Of a DNA stretch of 64,000 nucleotides, positions 1 to 14,205 are shown in pieces. Numbering within the stretch: position 1 is the first letter of the stretch; each line of letters begins with the position of its first letter. Both the position numbers and the translations under genes were made by a program. This DNA comes from the human T2T-CHM13v2.0 reference genome, Homo sapiens. The stretch lies in NCBI RefSeq assembly GCF_009914755.1, contig NC_060930.1; one strand, written 5' to 3'. The notes beneath the pieces were generated by a model. That model had not been told where the DNA came from. It worked only from the letters and a program-made list of their open reading frames with translations, and searched no databases.

Positions 1-654
1 GTGGGAGCTAATATGTTACCCATGTTAAGCTACCCTGGCTTTGGTTTCCAATCATATGCACCTGGAAGGGCCTCAAATGATACAGAGGTTACTCAAAGAA
101 AATCTTCATCCTTTGATGTTGCTTTAATTTCTCACTAAGAACGTTAGTCTATTTTTCCTTTATTCCTTGGAAGAAAGCTTGGGAAAGAAATACAATGAGA
201 TTTCTTTTTCCACCACATACTCCTTAATGTTTATATGTTTCACTTCCTGTCCAAAGAACCAGCTTGAAAGAGGACTCTATAGAAAGTATGGCATTAGAGG
301 AACTAGAAAAACAGCCTCTCCATAGGGTGGAGAAAAGCATATAATGGTGACCTAGGAGCATCAAAACCAAGCAAACTTCACATGCCTTAGAGTTTACTCC
401 TCTACGATTAGAAACCTTTATGCAAGAATTAGTTTCCCCTATCCATCCCAGAAAGTCACCAATACTCTTTCATAAAACAGAAAGCAAAGATGATGCACTC
501 ACTTCATAGCTGACTTAAAATGTTCATCAGCACAACCTCCTTTTTCTCTACCAAACCGTCTCACAAAAGGGAAGAAAATACTCAAAACTACATCTGAAGA
601 CAATTAGACTTTTGGCTCACACCGTGTGCAGACATCAAAAGTGGGCTTTTGTCA

Positions 655-1630
<976 letters not shown>

Positions 1631-2247
1631 GTAGTCATTTATGAGATTGTCATGAGAGCTGATGCTACATAGCAGAAATACTAAGCATGGCCACAGTCAT
1701 GGGGTCAAGCTGGAGACACTGGAAAGTCTTAAAGAAGTTAAGTGGAAAGAAATCTGACTCCTGAAGGGGGGCATTAGGATTGAAGACTTAGAGTTTTCAG
1801 TTTTAAGACACAGTAATTTTACATGTCCTTTTACTTTTTAAAAAAATACAGCTAACAAGGTAGAATTCTACTTAGATTAAGGCATAAACACATAGCTTTC
1901 AATACCACAGTATTTTTGAATTAAGGAATATATGTTTAACAAACATCAACAAGCAAACCAAACAAGAGTATGACAAAGATAAATAGAATGGTTTCTTTAC
2001 ATTTCTCTGTGTTCACCAAGTAGCTACATTGTGCTACTAAAGATTGTGATAGAAAACAACTTACTAATTGAGCCACTAAAAGAAAAAAATATTTTTGACT
2101 AAAACATTTTGTTTGTAATTATGTCACAGTAAAAATTATTATCATTGCTTCCAAGATAGCCAAATAGGAACAGCTCCAGTCTACAACTCCCAGTGAAATC
2201 AATGCAGAAGACAGGTGATTTCTGCATTCCCAACTGAAGTACCTGGT

Positions 2248-2580
2248 TCATCTCATTGGGACTGGTTGGACAGTGGGTGCAGCCCATGGAGGGTGAGCTG
2301 AAGCAGGGCTGGGTGTCACCTCACCTGGGAAACACAAGGGGTCGGGGGATTTCCCTTTCCTAGCCAAGGGAAGCCATGAGTAACCGTACCTGGAGGAATG
2401 ATACACTTCTACCCAAATACTGTGCTTTTCCCACAGTCTTCGCAACCAGCAGACCAGGAGATTCCCTCCCATGCCTGGCTCGGTGGGTCCCACACCCATG
2501 GAGCCTTGCTTGCTGCTAGCACAGCAGTCTGAGATTGTCCTGGGATGCTGGAGCTTGGCAAGGGGAGGGGCATCCACCAT
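2248..2580 (-). CDS. L1 antisense ORF0 homolog, open and extended (110 aa); expression unknown
   Basis: GCAATGG strong Kozak context; MVDAPPLAKLQHPRTISDCCASSKQGSMGVGPTEPG... resembles remembered L1 ORF0 MAGAPPPASLPPCSLISDCCASNQRDSVGVGPSEPG. Confidence 0.6.
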   Translation of the reverse strand: MVDAPPLAKLQHPRTISDCCASSKQGSMGVGPTEPGMGGNLLVCWLRRLWEKHSIWVEVYHSSRYGYSWLPLARKGKSPDPLCFPGEVTPSPASAHPPWAAPTVQPVPMR

Positions 2581-3183
2581 TGCTGAGGCTTGAGTAGGTG
2601 GTTCTATGCTCACAGTGTAAACAAAGCAGCAGGGAAGCTCGAACTGGGCGGAGCCCACTGCAGCTCAGCAAGGCCTGCTGCCTCTCTAGATTCCACCTCT
2701 GGGGGCAGGGCATATCTGAACAAAAGGCAGCAGACAACTTCTGCAGATTTAAGTGTCCTTGCCTGACAGCTCTGAAGAGAGCAGTGGTTCTCCCAGCACG
2801 GCATTCGATCTCTGATAACGGACAGACCACTTCCTCAAGTGGGTCCCTGACCCTCATGTAGCCTGACTGGAGCCTCACCTCCCAGTAGGGGCTGACAGAC
2901 ACCTCATATCAGTGGGTGCCCCTCTGGGGCAAAGCTTCCAGAGGAAGGATCAGGCAGCAATACTTGCTGTTCTGCAGCCTCCGCTGGTGATACCCAGGCA
3001 AACAGGGTCTGGAGTGCACCTGCAGCAAACTCCAACAGACGTGCAGCTGAGGGTCCTGTCTGTTACAAGGAAAACTAACAAACAGAAAGAAATAGCATCA
3101 ACATCAACAAAAAGGAAGTCCACATCAAAACCCCATCCGTAGGTCACCAACACCTAAGACCAAAGGTAGATAAAACCTCAAAA

Positions 3184-4210
3184 ATGGGGAGAAACCAGAG
3201 TGGAAAGGCTGAAAATTCCAAAAACCAGAACACCTCTTCTCCTCCAAAGGAACACAACTCCTCACCAGCAAGGGAACAAAACTGGATGGAGAATGAATTT
3301 GATGAGTTGACAGAAGTAGGCTTCAGAAGGTGGGTAATAACAAACTTCTCTGAGCTAAAGAAGCATGTTCTAACCCATTGCAAGGATGCTAAAAACCTTG
3401 AAAAAAAGATTAGATGAATGACTAACTAGAATAGCCAGTGTAGAGAAGAGTTTAAATGATCTTTTGGTGCTGAAAACCACAGTACAAGAACTTCGTGAAG
3501 CATACACAAGCTTCAACAGCCGATTCAATCAAGTGGAAGAAAGGGGATCAGTGATTGAAGATCAAATTAATGAAATAAAGTGAGAAGACAAGATTATAGA
3601 AAAAAGAATGAAAAGAAACGAACAAAGCCTCCAAGAAATATGGGATTATGTGAAAAGACCAAATCTACATTTGATTGGTGTAACTGAAAGTGACGGGGAG
3701 AATGGGACCAAATTGGAAAACACTCTTCAGGATATTATCCAGGAGAACTTCCCCAACCTAGCAAGGCAGGTCAACATTCAAATTCAGGAAATACAGAGAA
3801 CGCCACAAAGATACTCCTTGAGAAGAGCAACCCCAAGACACATAACTGTGAGATTCATCAAGGTTGAAATGAAGGAAAAAATGTTAAGGGCAGTCAGAGA
3901 GAAAGGTTGGGTTACCTACAAAGGGAAGCCCATCAGACTAACAGTGGATCTCTCGACAGAAACCCTACAAGCCAGAAGAGAGTGGGGGCCAATATTCAAC
4001 ATTCTTAAAGGAAAGAATTTCCAACCCAGAATTTCATATCCAGCCAAACTAAGCTTCATAAGTGAAGGAGAAATAAAGTCCTTTACAGACAAGCAAATGC
4101 TGAGAGATTTTGTCACCACCAGGCCTGCCTTACAAGAGCTCCTGAAGGAAGTACTAAACATGGAAAGACACAACTGGTACCAGCCACTGCAAAAACATGC
4201 CAAATTGTAA
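3184..4210 (+). pseudogene. L1 ORF1p, disrupted
   Basis: MGRNQSGKAENSK... broken by a frameshift in the A-run near 3405; C-terminal 200 aa open (3608-4210, ...QPLQKHAKL). Confidence 0.95.
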
Positions 4211-4273
4211 AGACCATCAATGCTAGGAAGAAACTGCATCAATTAATGGGTGAAAAAACTAGCTAGCATCATA

Positions 4274-7200
4274 ATGACAGGATCAAATTCACACATAACA
4301 ATATTAACCTTAAATGTAAATGGGCTAAATGTCCCAATTAAAAGACACGGACTGGCAAATTGGATAGAGTCAAGACCCATCAGTGTGCTATATTCAGGAG
4401 ACCCATCTCACGTGCAGAGACACACACAGGCTCAAAATAAAGGGAAGGAGGAAGATCTATCAAGCAAATGGAAAGCAAAAAAAAAGCAGGGGTTGCAATC
4501 CTGGTCTCTGATAAAACAGACTTTAAACCAACAAAGATCAAAAGAGACAAAGAAGGGCATTACATAATGGTAAAGAGCTCAATTCAACAAGAAGAGCTAA
4601 CTATCCTAAATATATATGCACCCAATACAGGAGCACCCAGATTCATAAAGCAAGTCCTTAGAGACCTACAAAGAGACTTAGACTCTCACACAATAATAAT
4701 GGGAGACTTTAACACCCCACTGTCAATATTAGACAAATCAACAAGACAGAAAATTAACAAGGATATCCAGGACTTGAACTCAGTTCTGAACCAAGCAGAC
4801 CTAACAGACATCTACAGAACTCTCCACCCAAAATCAACAGAATATAGATTTTTCTCAGCACCACATCACACTTATTCTAAAGTTGACCAAATAATTGGAA
4901 GTAAAACACTCCTCAGCAAATGTAAAAGAAAAGAAATCACAACAAACTGTCTCTCAGACCACAGTGCAATCAAATTAGAATTCAGGATTAAGAAACTCAC
5001 TCCAAACTGCACAACTACATGGAAACTGAACAACCTGCTCCTGAATGACTACTGGGTAAATAACAAAATGAAGGCAGAAATAAAGATGTTCTTTGAAACC
5101 AATTAGAACAAAGACACAACGTACCAGAAGCTCTGGGACACATTTAAAGCAGTGTTTAGAGGGAAATTTACAGCACTAAATGCCCACAAGAGAAAGCAGG
5201 GAAGATCTAAAATTGACACCCTAACATCACAATTAAAAGAACCAGAGAAGTAAGAGCAAACAAATTCAAAAGCTAGCAGAAGGCAAGAAATAACTAAGAT
5301 CAGAGCAGAACTGAAGGAGGTAGAGACACAAAAAACCCTTTAAAAAAATCAGTGAATCCAGGAGCTTTTTTTTTTTTTGAAAAGATCAACAAAATAGATA
5401 GAATGGTAGCAATACTAATAAAGAAGAAAGAAGAATCAAATAGACACAATAAAAAATGATAAAGGGGATATCACCACCAATCCCACAGAAATACAAACTA
5501 CCATCAGAGAATACTATAAACACCTCTACACAAATAAACTAGAAAATCTAGAAGAAACTGAGAAATTCATGGACACATACACCCTCCCAAAACTAAACCA
5601 GGAAGAAGTTGAATCTCTGAATAGACTAAAAATAGCTTCTGAAATTGAGGCAATAATTAATAGCCTACCAACCAAAAAAAATCCAGGACCAGATGGATTC
5701 GCAGCCGAATTCTACCAGAGGTACAAAGAGGAGCTGGTACCATTCCTTCTGAAACTATTCCAATCAATAGAAAAACAGGGAATCCTCCCAAACTCATTTT
5801 ATGAGGCCAGCATCATCCTGATACCAAAGCCTGGCAGAGACACAACAAAAAAAGGGAATTTTAGGCCAATATCCCTGATGAACATTGATGTAAAAATCCT
5901 CAATAAAATACTGGCAAACCAAATCCAGCAGCAAATCAAAAAGCTTATCCACCACAATCAAGTCGGCTTCATCCCTGGGATGCAAGACTGCTTCAACGTA
6001 CCCAAATCAATAGACATAATCTATCACATAAACAGAACCAATGATAAAAACCACATGATTATGTCAATAGATGCAGAAAAGGCCTTCAACAAAAATCAAC
6101 AGCCTTTCGTGCTAAAAACTCTCAATAAACTAGGTATTGATGGAATGTATCTCAAAATAATAAGAGCTATTTATGACAAACCCACAGCCAATATCATACT
6201 GAATGGGCAAAAACTGGAAGCATTCCCTTTGAAAACTGGCATAAGACAAGGATGCCCTCTCTCACCACTCCCATTCAACATAGTAATGGAAGTTCTGGCC
6301 AAAGCAATCAGACAAGAGAAAGAAATAAAGTGTATTCAATTAGGAAAAGAGGAGGTCAAATTGTCTTTGTTTGTGGATCACATGATTGTATATTTAGAAA
6401 ACCCCATCATCTCAGCCCAAAATCTCCTTAAGCTGATAAGCAACTTCAGCAAAGTCTCAGGATACAAAATCAATGTGCAAAAATCACAAGCATTCCAATA
6501 CACCAATAACAGACAGAGAGCCAAATCATGAGTGAACTCCCATTCATAATTACTATAAAGAGAATAAAATACCTAGGAATCCAATTTACAAGGGATATGA
6601 AGGACCTCCTAAAGGAGAACTACAAACCACTGCTCAATGAAATAAAAGAGGTCACAAACAAATAGAAGAACATTCCATGCTCATGGATAGGAAGAATCAA
6701 TATCATGAAAATGGCCATAGTGCCCAAGGTAATTCAATGCTATCCCCATCAAGCTCCCACTGACTCTTCACAGAATTGGAAAAAACTACTTTAAATTTCA
6801 TATGAAACCAAGACAATCCTGAGCAAAAAGAACAAAGCTGGAGGCATCATGCTACCTGACTTCAAACTATACCACAAGGCCACAGTAACCAAAACAGCAT
6901 GACACTGGTACTAAAACAGAGATATAGACCAATGGAACAGAACAGAAGCCTCAGAAATAACACCACACATCTACAACCATCTGATCTGACAAACCTGACA
7001 AAAACAAGCAATGGGGAAAGGATTCCCTATTTAATAAATGTTGCTGGGAAAACTGGCTAGCCATATGCACAAAGCTGAAACTGGATCCCTTCCTTACACC
7101 TTATACAAAAATTAACTCAAGATGGATTAAAGACTTAAACGTAAGACCTAAAACCATAAAAACCCTAGAAGAAAACCTAGGCAATACTGTTCAGGACATA

Positions 7201-8064
7201 GGCATGGGCAAAGACTTCATGACTAAAACACCAAAAGCAATGGCAACAAAAGCCAAAATTGACAAACGGGATCTAATTAAACTAAGAAGCTTCTGCACAG
7301 CAAAAGAAACTATCATCAAAGTGAACAGGCAACCTACAGAATGGGAGAAAATCTTTGCAATCTATCCATCTGACAAAGGGCTAATATCCAGAATCTACAC
7401 AGAACATAAACAAATTTATAAGAAAAAAACAAACAACCCCATCAGAAAGTGGGCAAAGGACATGAACAGACACTTCTCAAAGGAAGACATTTATGCAGCC
7501 AACAGACATATGAAAAAATGCTGATCATCACTGGTCATCAGAGAAATGCAAATCAAAACCACAATGAGATACCATCTCACGCCAGTTAGAATGGTGATCA
7601 TTAAAAAGTCAGGAAATAACAGATGCTGGAGAGGATGTGGAGAAATAGGAACACTTTTACACTGTTGGTGGGAGTGTAAATTAGTTCAACCATTGTGGAA
7701 GACAGTGTGGTGATTCCTCAAGGATCTAGAACTAGAAATACCATTTGAGCCAGCAATCCCATTACTGGGTATATATCCAAAGGATTATAAATCATGCTAC
7801 TATAAAGACACATGCACACATATGTTTATTGTGGCACTATTCACAATAGCAAAGACTTGTAACCAACCCAAATGTCCATCAATAATAGACTAGATAAAGA
7901 CAATGTGTCACATATACACCATGGAATACTACGCAGCCATAAAAAAGGATGAGTTCATGTCCTTTATAGGGACATGGATGAAGCTGGAAACCATCATTCT
8001 CAGCAAAATATCACAAGGACAGAAAATCAAACACTACAGGTTCTCACTCATAAGTGGGAGTTGA
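4274..8064 (+). pseudogene. L1 ORF2p (endonuclease/reverse transcriptase), disrupted
   Basis: MTGSNSHITILTLNVNG start; EN fragment 4468-5106; RT fragment 5569-6531 with catalytic FADD decayed to FVDH; several stops and frameshifts. Confidence 0.95.
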
Positions 8065-9814
8065 ACAATGAGGACACATGGACACAGGGAGGGGAACATC
8101 ACAGACTGGGGCCTGTTGGTGGGTGGGGGGCTGGGGGAGGGATAGCGTTAGGAGAAATACCTAATGTAAATGATGAGTTGATGGCTGTAGCAAACCACCA
8201 TGGCACATGTATACCTATGTAACAAACCTGCACGTTGTGCACAAGTATCCTAGAACTTAAAGTATAATAATAAAAAAAATTATATTAAAATTACATATCT
8301 GATTCAATAGATATTAAATCAGTAAAGATAAAAATAACTTTAGAATCTTAGGATAACATGGCATATAATATATTCCCTACATGAAAAATAAATGGAACTT
8401 TCTTTTTGATAGCTTTATTATTTAATGTATTTACATGAAGATATATGACCTTTATGTTAAAAATATCGAAGGGTATCTTCCTCCCCCTCTTCCATTTCTT
8501 TTTCTAACTTAAACTTTGGGTTGGGCAACTGTGTATATGTAAATACAACTTGATCTTCCAATAAATAACTAAACTTTAAAATTAACAAACAGATAAAGTG
8601 AACCTGTTGGGGTAACCAGACATGAAAACAGAATTCACCTAAAATTTCATATATTATGCTCAAAAAAACCAATATCTTCAATTTAAATTAATCCAAAAAT
8701 GAGATAATGGCAAGAAGTATGTATGTTCACATAGGATTAAAGCTGTTCAGAAAATGAGGAAATAATGAAAGGCAAATTATCACTCAGCTTCCTGCCTCTC
8801 AGCCATCCCTCTCTCCTCAGAGAAAGCCTGGAACTGAAAGACTGTGTGTCTGACCTCTAATAACCTGATTCCAGAATCATCCACAAGCATAAAACAGTAA
8901 AATAATAAATTCTGGTGTTAGGAATCAAGAAAATACCCTTATTGGCTGTTTTGTGTGTCATAATCTAAGAGGTCTACAACATATCACTAAATACTCAGGG
9001 GATGCACTGTGCCCCAGGTCCACGACCCAGTCAGGGACATTACATTGTTTTTATTGTTGCTAATGGCTGATGCTTAGGTCTTCACAGGGCCATAAAATGA
9101 ACATCCAGTGGAAGCAGGTGATAAGTAGGATCACAGGACAAAAACAGACCCAAAAGGTACAAGTGCAAAAGAAAACACAGCTTGTACCTGACCCCAAAGC
9201 AAATGTGAGAATCCTTCTCAATTGCTATACTAAGACTACAGCAGGCTTGTCAAACCTTTCTGGCTACCCTTGTACCTCCAAGAGGCTTTTCAGTAAAGCA
9301 GTATTTTAAAAATTTCCCTTTTGCTTTTTATATATTTTTCTAAATTAGAATTTCATAGTAGAAAACACTACATTATTTCTCTTATCTTACAAGATCATAA
9401 AGAGCGAGGAAAAAAAAATTGGCAGAGAAGACCGCTTGTCTCTCTCCCATTGGAGACGGGAGCCAAATTAATTATTTCCGCCCCCCCTTATCTTCTGAAG
9501 CAAAATAAATGAATTTTGTCTGACAGTCAAGTGTTTCCAATGCAATTTTTATCCTTCCTTTCTGGAGCATATTTTAGTCTTCCTACATAAAACAGCAGGA
9601 CTTTGATTCTGCCACAGAAGGCACTTTAAAGTCTGTCTTATCTCACCTCACAAGTGTTTTGTCAAGGAAGATGAAAACTATTTTTATTTTATGGATGAGA
9701 AAAATAAAGATTCCGGAAAAACAGTAAGTGATCTTTTCAAAATGCAAATTAGTGATGGAGTTAAGAATAAAAGTTCACTTTCACACCGTGCAGAATCATG
9801 CCCTTCTAGACCAC

Positions 9815-9972
9815 TCCTCTCAAACTTTTAACAGGCACTCACCTAGGAACCTTGTTAACATGTAGATTCCATTTGAGTTCATCTGGGATTGTGCCGAGAT
9901 TGTAAATTTTTAACAAGCTCCTAAGTGATGCTGGAATTGCTGGTCCATGAACCATACTTTGAGTAGCAAGGC
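9815..9972. mobile_element. MER5-family hAT-Charlie fossil
   Basis: ctcaaactt...aacaagctcc.aagtgatgctg...accatactttgagtagcaagg. Confidence 0.7.
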
Positions 9973-10328
9973 CAGCCTGTTAGCAATTTTTCATGCAATG
10001 CTAGCCTCAAGTCATTGGAAGAGAAAGCAACTAGAGTTACAACTAGCACACTGAGATTTGTCCATAAAGCAGCACTCTGTATTATCTCTTAACTGAAAAA
10101 CCAAAACAAGAGAATGAAAGAAAATTTGGCTTTGCTCAAAGGAGTATGTCCAAAATCCCTGCTTAAAAGTGTCAGTGCCTCATAATGTTGAGTTGGTGCG
10201 AATTTGGGTTAATGTCAGTGACCCTTCACTTTTGTTAGACTAGCTTAGGATGTCTCAAGGGGTCAGACTCCTAAACTTTCTTCAAACTTAGGTCAGCTAC
10301 CTAACTAGTTAGACTCAAGAAAGGAGAC

Positions 10329-10360
10329 ATATATATATATATATACTGAGCTAGTTTAAC

Positions 10361-10409
<49 letters not shown>
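10329..10409. repeat. Two (TA)n tracts plus poly-T
   Basis: Direct reading. Confidence 0.95.
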
Positions 10410-11987
10410 AAACATGATCCTTCTTGGTGACATTAGCAAATGAGACAAAACAACATTTTTAGCCAACAGTTATAAGTTCACTCCTTTCCAAGACCCTGCC
10501 AAATGAATGTGCTGCTCCCTTCTCCTCCTCTTCCATACCCCAGTCTATTGTCTGCTCTGACAGCACAGGCATGCCCCAGTAGGCCCAGAATTTGGCTGTC
10601 GAGAACACTGTATGCAGATTATCTCTTTAAATGCTATATTTTCAACTCTGCCTCCCCCACTATCTTATTTTTGGTCTTTCCTTGTGCTTTCTAGAATGTG
10701 GCTGTTTATTTTCTACTTAGAACCTAAATGCTGGATTCAGAAGACAGGAGGGGAATTCATATGCCATATTTCTTATCAGAATTTGAAAGGAAATTTGTTT
10801 CAGATTAGGAATGTCTAAATGATGTCCCAGGGAAGATAATTTTAGTTCCCCAACATGCAACACTTGGAAAAATTTAGGTAGAAAACAGCGTTTCCTGTTC
10901 ATATGCAATGTTCTAAGTGCCTGAGAAAGAAAAGACCGTGGAAGGCACTTGTCACCAAGAGAAGAAAAAACTATATAGTCATTTGGGTATTTTGCATACC
11001 CTAAAGGTATGCAAAACCTTAAAAGGCTTTACACATGTTATTTAATATAGCACCTGATGCCAAAAGATCAGAAGAATTGTATAGGCTTTCTCCAATTAGT
11101 AAATTTGACAACTCTACAACATAGCAAAAGATTTGAAATCATAATGATATATTTAAATTATTTAATTAAGAAAAAAATCTGGATAACTCATTTTAGTAGT
11201 GAGGACACTACTGACCAACAACATTGGCATAGTATAATTTGAGAGAGAAATCTCCTATTTTTGTTCCTGTTGGGTAGAGATAACGATCATACATTGAGTT
11301 TTTACTATGTGACATGCACTGTGTTAATTCTTAGACCAACGTTATTTCATTATCTTTTAACACTTCTATGAGAAGTGTTAAATTAAAATTCTTTCACCAA
11401 ATTCACAAAGAGACAAACCTAGGTTGTGACTCCAAAGCTCGTTTTCTTAAATACTATGCTTTAAATTTACATAGCTATACTATGCTATGAATATATATAT
11501 TTGATGCGTTCTTTTGAATGAAAGTCAGTGAAGACTATATATTTCAAATTAGGCAATATATAGTCACTGAGATAGCAGTTGACTGAACTGGACAGACCAA
11601 GGCTCAGATCCCTGCTTGAACTACTGCATCTTCAAAGGGAGCAATCCCCACCCGGAGCCTCTGCTGCTGAGGTTCCCAGGTTTTGTACCTCAAATTCTGT
11701 CTCCACAGGGCCGCAGGGCACGAGACCTGAGAGCAGAAAATTGATAAGCCAGCCAGCAATCTAGGACACAAACCACAAAATCAGATTACCTTCTTGGGGA
11801 CTTGAACTGGACACTTGGGGATCATGAACCAGTTGAATCAAAAGCAGAAGGTAATAATCATAAATACATGTGTACAAGACTGCAGCCATGTATTAAACAG
11901 AGGTATGAGTGCTTAGAAGATGAGAACGTCAAGTTGGGAGAACACTCTAGTTGGGAAAGGTGAGGCGATTTTAAAAGATGGCAGGTT

Positions 11988-12056
11988 TGTAACAAACCTG
12001 CACATCTGCGCATGTATCCCAGAACTTAAAATTAAATTAAATTAAAATTTTTAAAA
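11988..12056 (+). mobile_element. Extremely 5'-truncated L1PA tail (~40 nt + A-rich tail)
   Basis: gtaacaaacctgcacat..catgtatcccagaacttaaa; TSD aaaagatggcaggt/aaaagatcacaggt. Confidence 0.85.
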
Positions 12057-12962
12057 AAGATCACAGGTAAAAGAAATTCCATGAGAAACTGAACATATTA
12101 AGAGAAAGAGAGAGAGAACACCCAAGTATAAAGCTAATGTTTTTACTTGTGCTCTCATGAATCTAAGACAAGAGTAGCTTCATTTTGATTTCCCTCATTT
12201 TCCTCTATTTGTTTTACCTTCTCTGCCAGAGTCATGTACGTATCTTCTTTCATGTGTTTGATGTTTCTGTTAAGACAGCTCAAGGCTCTTCTACTGTATT
12301 ATTGCTTTTATTGATAAGAACAATCCTAGTCTATTGGGTGATCTTTAATGGTTGTTTTGCTGTTGTTATTATTGAGTCTTGAGGCAATCGTTTTCTGAAA
12401 TAATCTTAAGTTGACTCCATTGCTCAACTATCTGATTAAGTAGCTTTATATTCTTAAAACAAATATTTCATTTGTTTTTAAATTTTATTCTTCCAAATAT
12501 AGGAGCACCCAGGATTAGGCAAGATATTTAAAGTAGACATAAAATTACTATGTTTCCTCATATGCTAAGAAAACAGAAAACGTTGGTGTACATACAAAAA
12601 AGATATTTGATCGCCTTTTTTTCTTCTTAAAATACGTTTATGAGGTATCAGTTGAATGAGAACAAAATGGTAGCAGTGGGTGGGAAGCTGGAAAATGACC
12701 TAAATTCTAGGATACGAATCCAATGCATTGTAGATAAATATGTTAGCTGTGGCACCATAACCCGCTGGATCCATCAACCATGTGGATCCATGATGGGGAC
12801 AAGTGAATACAAAAGGTAAAAATGAAAATTTTAGAAAAAGGAAAGGGATGAGACTAGGGAACACTTCAGGTCAAGAACAGGGAGGCAAGAGAAAGGAAGA
12901 AGTTAGCTTATCTCAATTTCACTAAGCAGAATATGAAGGCTGAACAAATAAATGCCCTTATC

Positions 12963-13263
<301 letters not shown>

Positions 13264-13567
13264 ACCTTTATCTTTTCAAGATGGCGCTCTCATTCACTTA
13301 TCGCTATGACTATTATCTACTGCAATCTATGTACTTGCATAACATGACCTAAATAGGTAGATATACCATATTCATGGATGACTTAATGCTTTAAAGATAG
13401 TACTTCTTGCCAAATTAATCTAAACATTTGAGAACATTTTGACCAAAATCCAAAAATTATATTCTAAATAAAACCTGAAAATTAAATTCACAAGATTACC
13501 TGAATGATAGTGCCAAGGAGAGGTGCGCTCTATAGAATACCAAAGGATGCTATAAAGGTATGTTCTA

Positions 13568-14005
<438 letters not shown>

Positions 14006-14055
14006 TCACTATGCTGCATATTCGATCCCCTGAGCTTATTCATTTTATAGCTGAA

Positions 14056-14205
14056 AGCTGGTACAGCTGTTGTTGTTGCTTTATTTAAGAGAAAGTTTTC
14101 AGTGTATCTCAACATTTGAAGAATTGCTTGGTCCAAGGGCAAGTACACTTCAAATGTTGAGTTACACTGAAAACTTTCTCTTAAAAAAAAATAGCTGTAT
14201 CAGCT
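14056..14205. repeat. Long inverted repeat / hairpin
   Basis: 14084-14121 pairs with 14148-14185 at 37/38; outer stem 14056-14070 with 14191-14205. Confidence 0.95.

Larger units (their letters stand above)
2146..8279 (+). mobile_element. Full-length LINE-1, L1PA6/L1PA7-like, retrotransposition-dead
   Basis: 5'UTR start CCAAGATAGCCAAATAGGAACAGCTCC; ORF1 and ORF2 remnants; G-rich 3'UTR and A tail; approximate TSD aaaaattattat (2131-2142) / aaaaattatat (8275-8285); long ~1.04 kb 5'UTR. Confidence 0.97.

Noticed and set aside
3608-7524. Long ORFs (200, 212, 320, 106 aa) as an active reverse-transcriptase system
   Set aside because: Fragments of one decayed L1; RT catalytic motif is FVDH and there are many stops and frameshifts
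8118-8145. G-quadruplex motif
   Set aside because: Standard feature of L1 3'UTRs, not locus-specific
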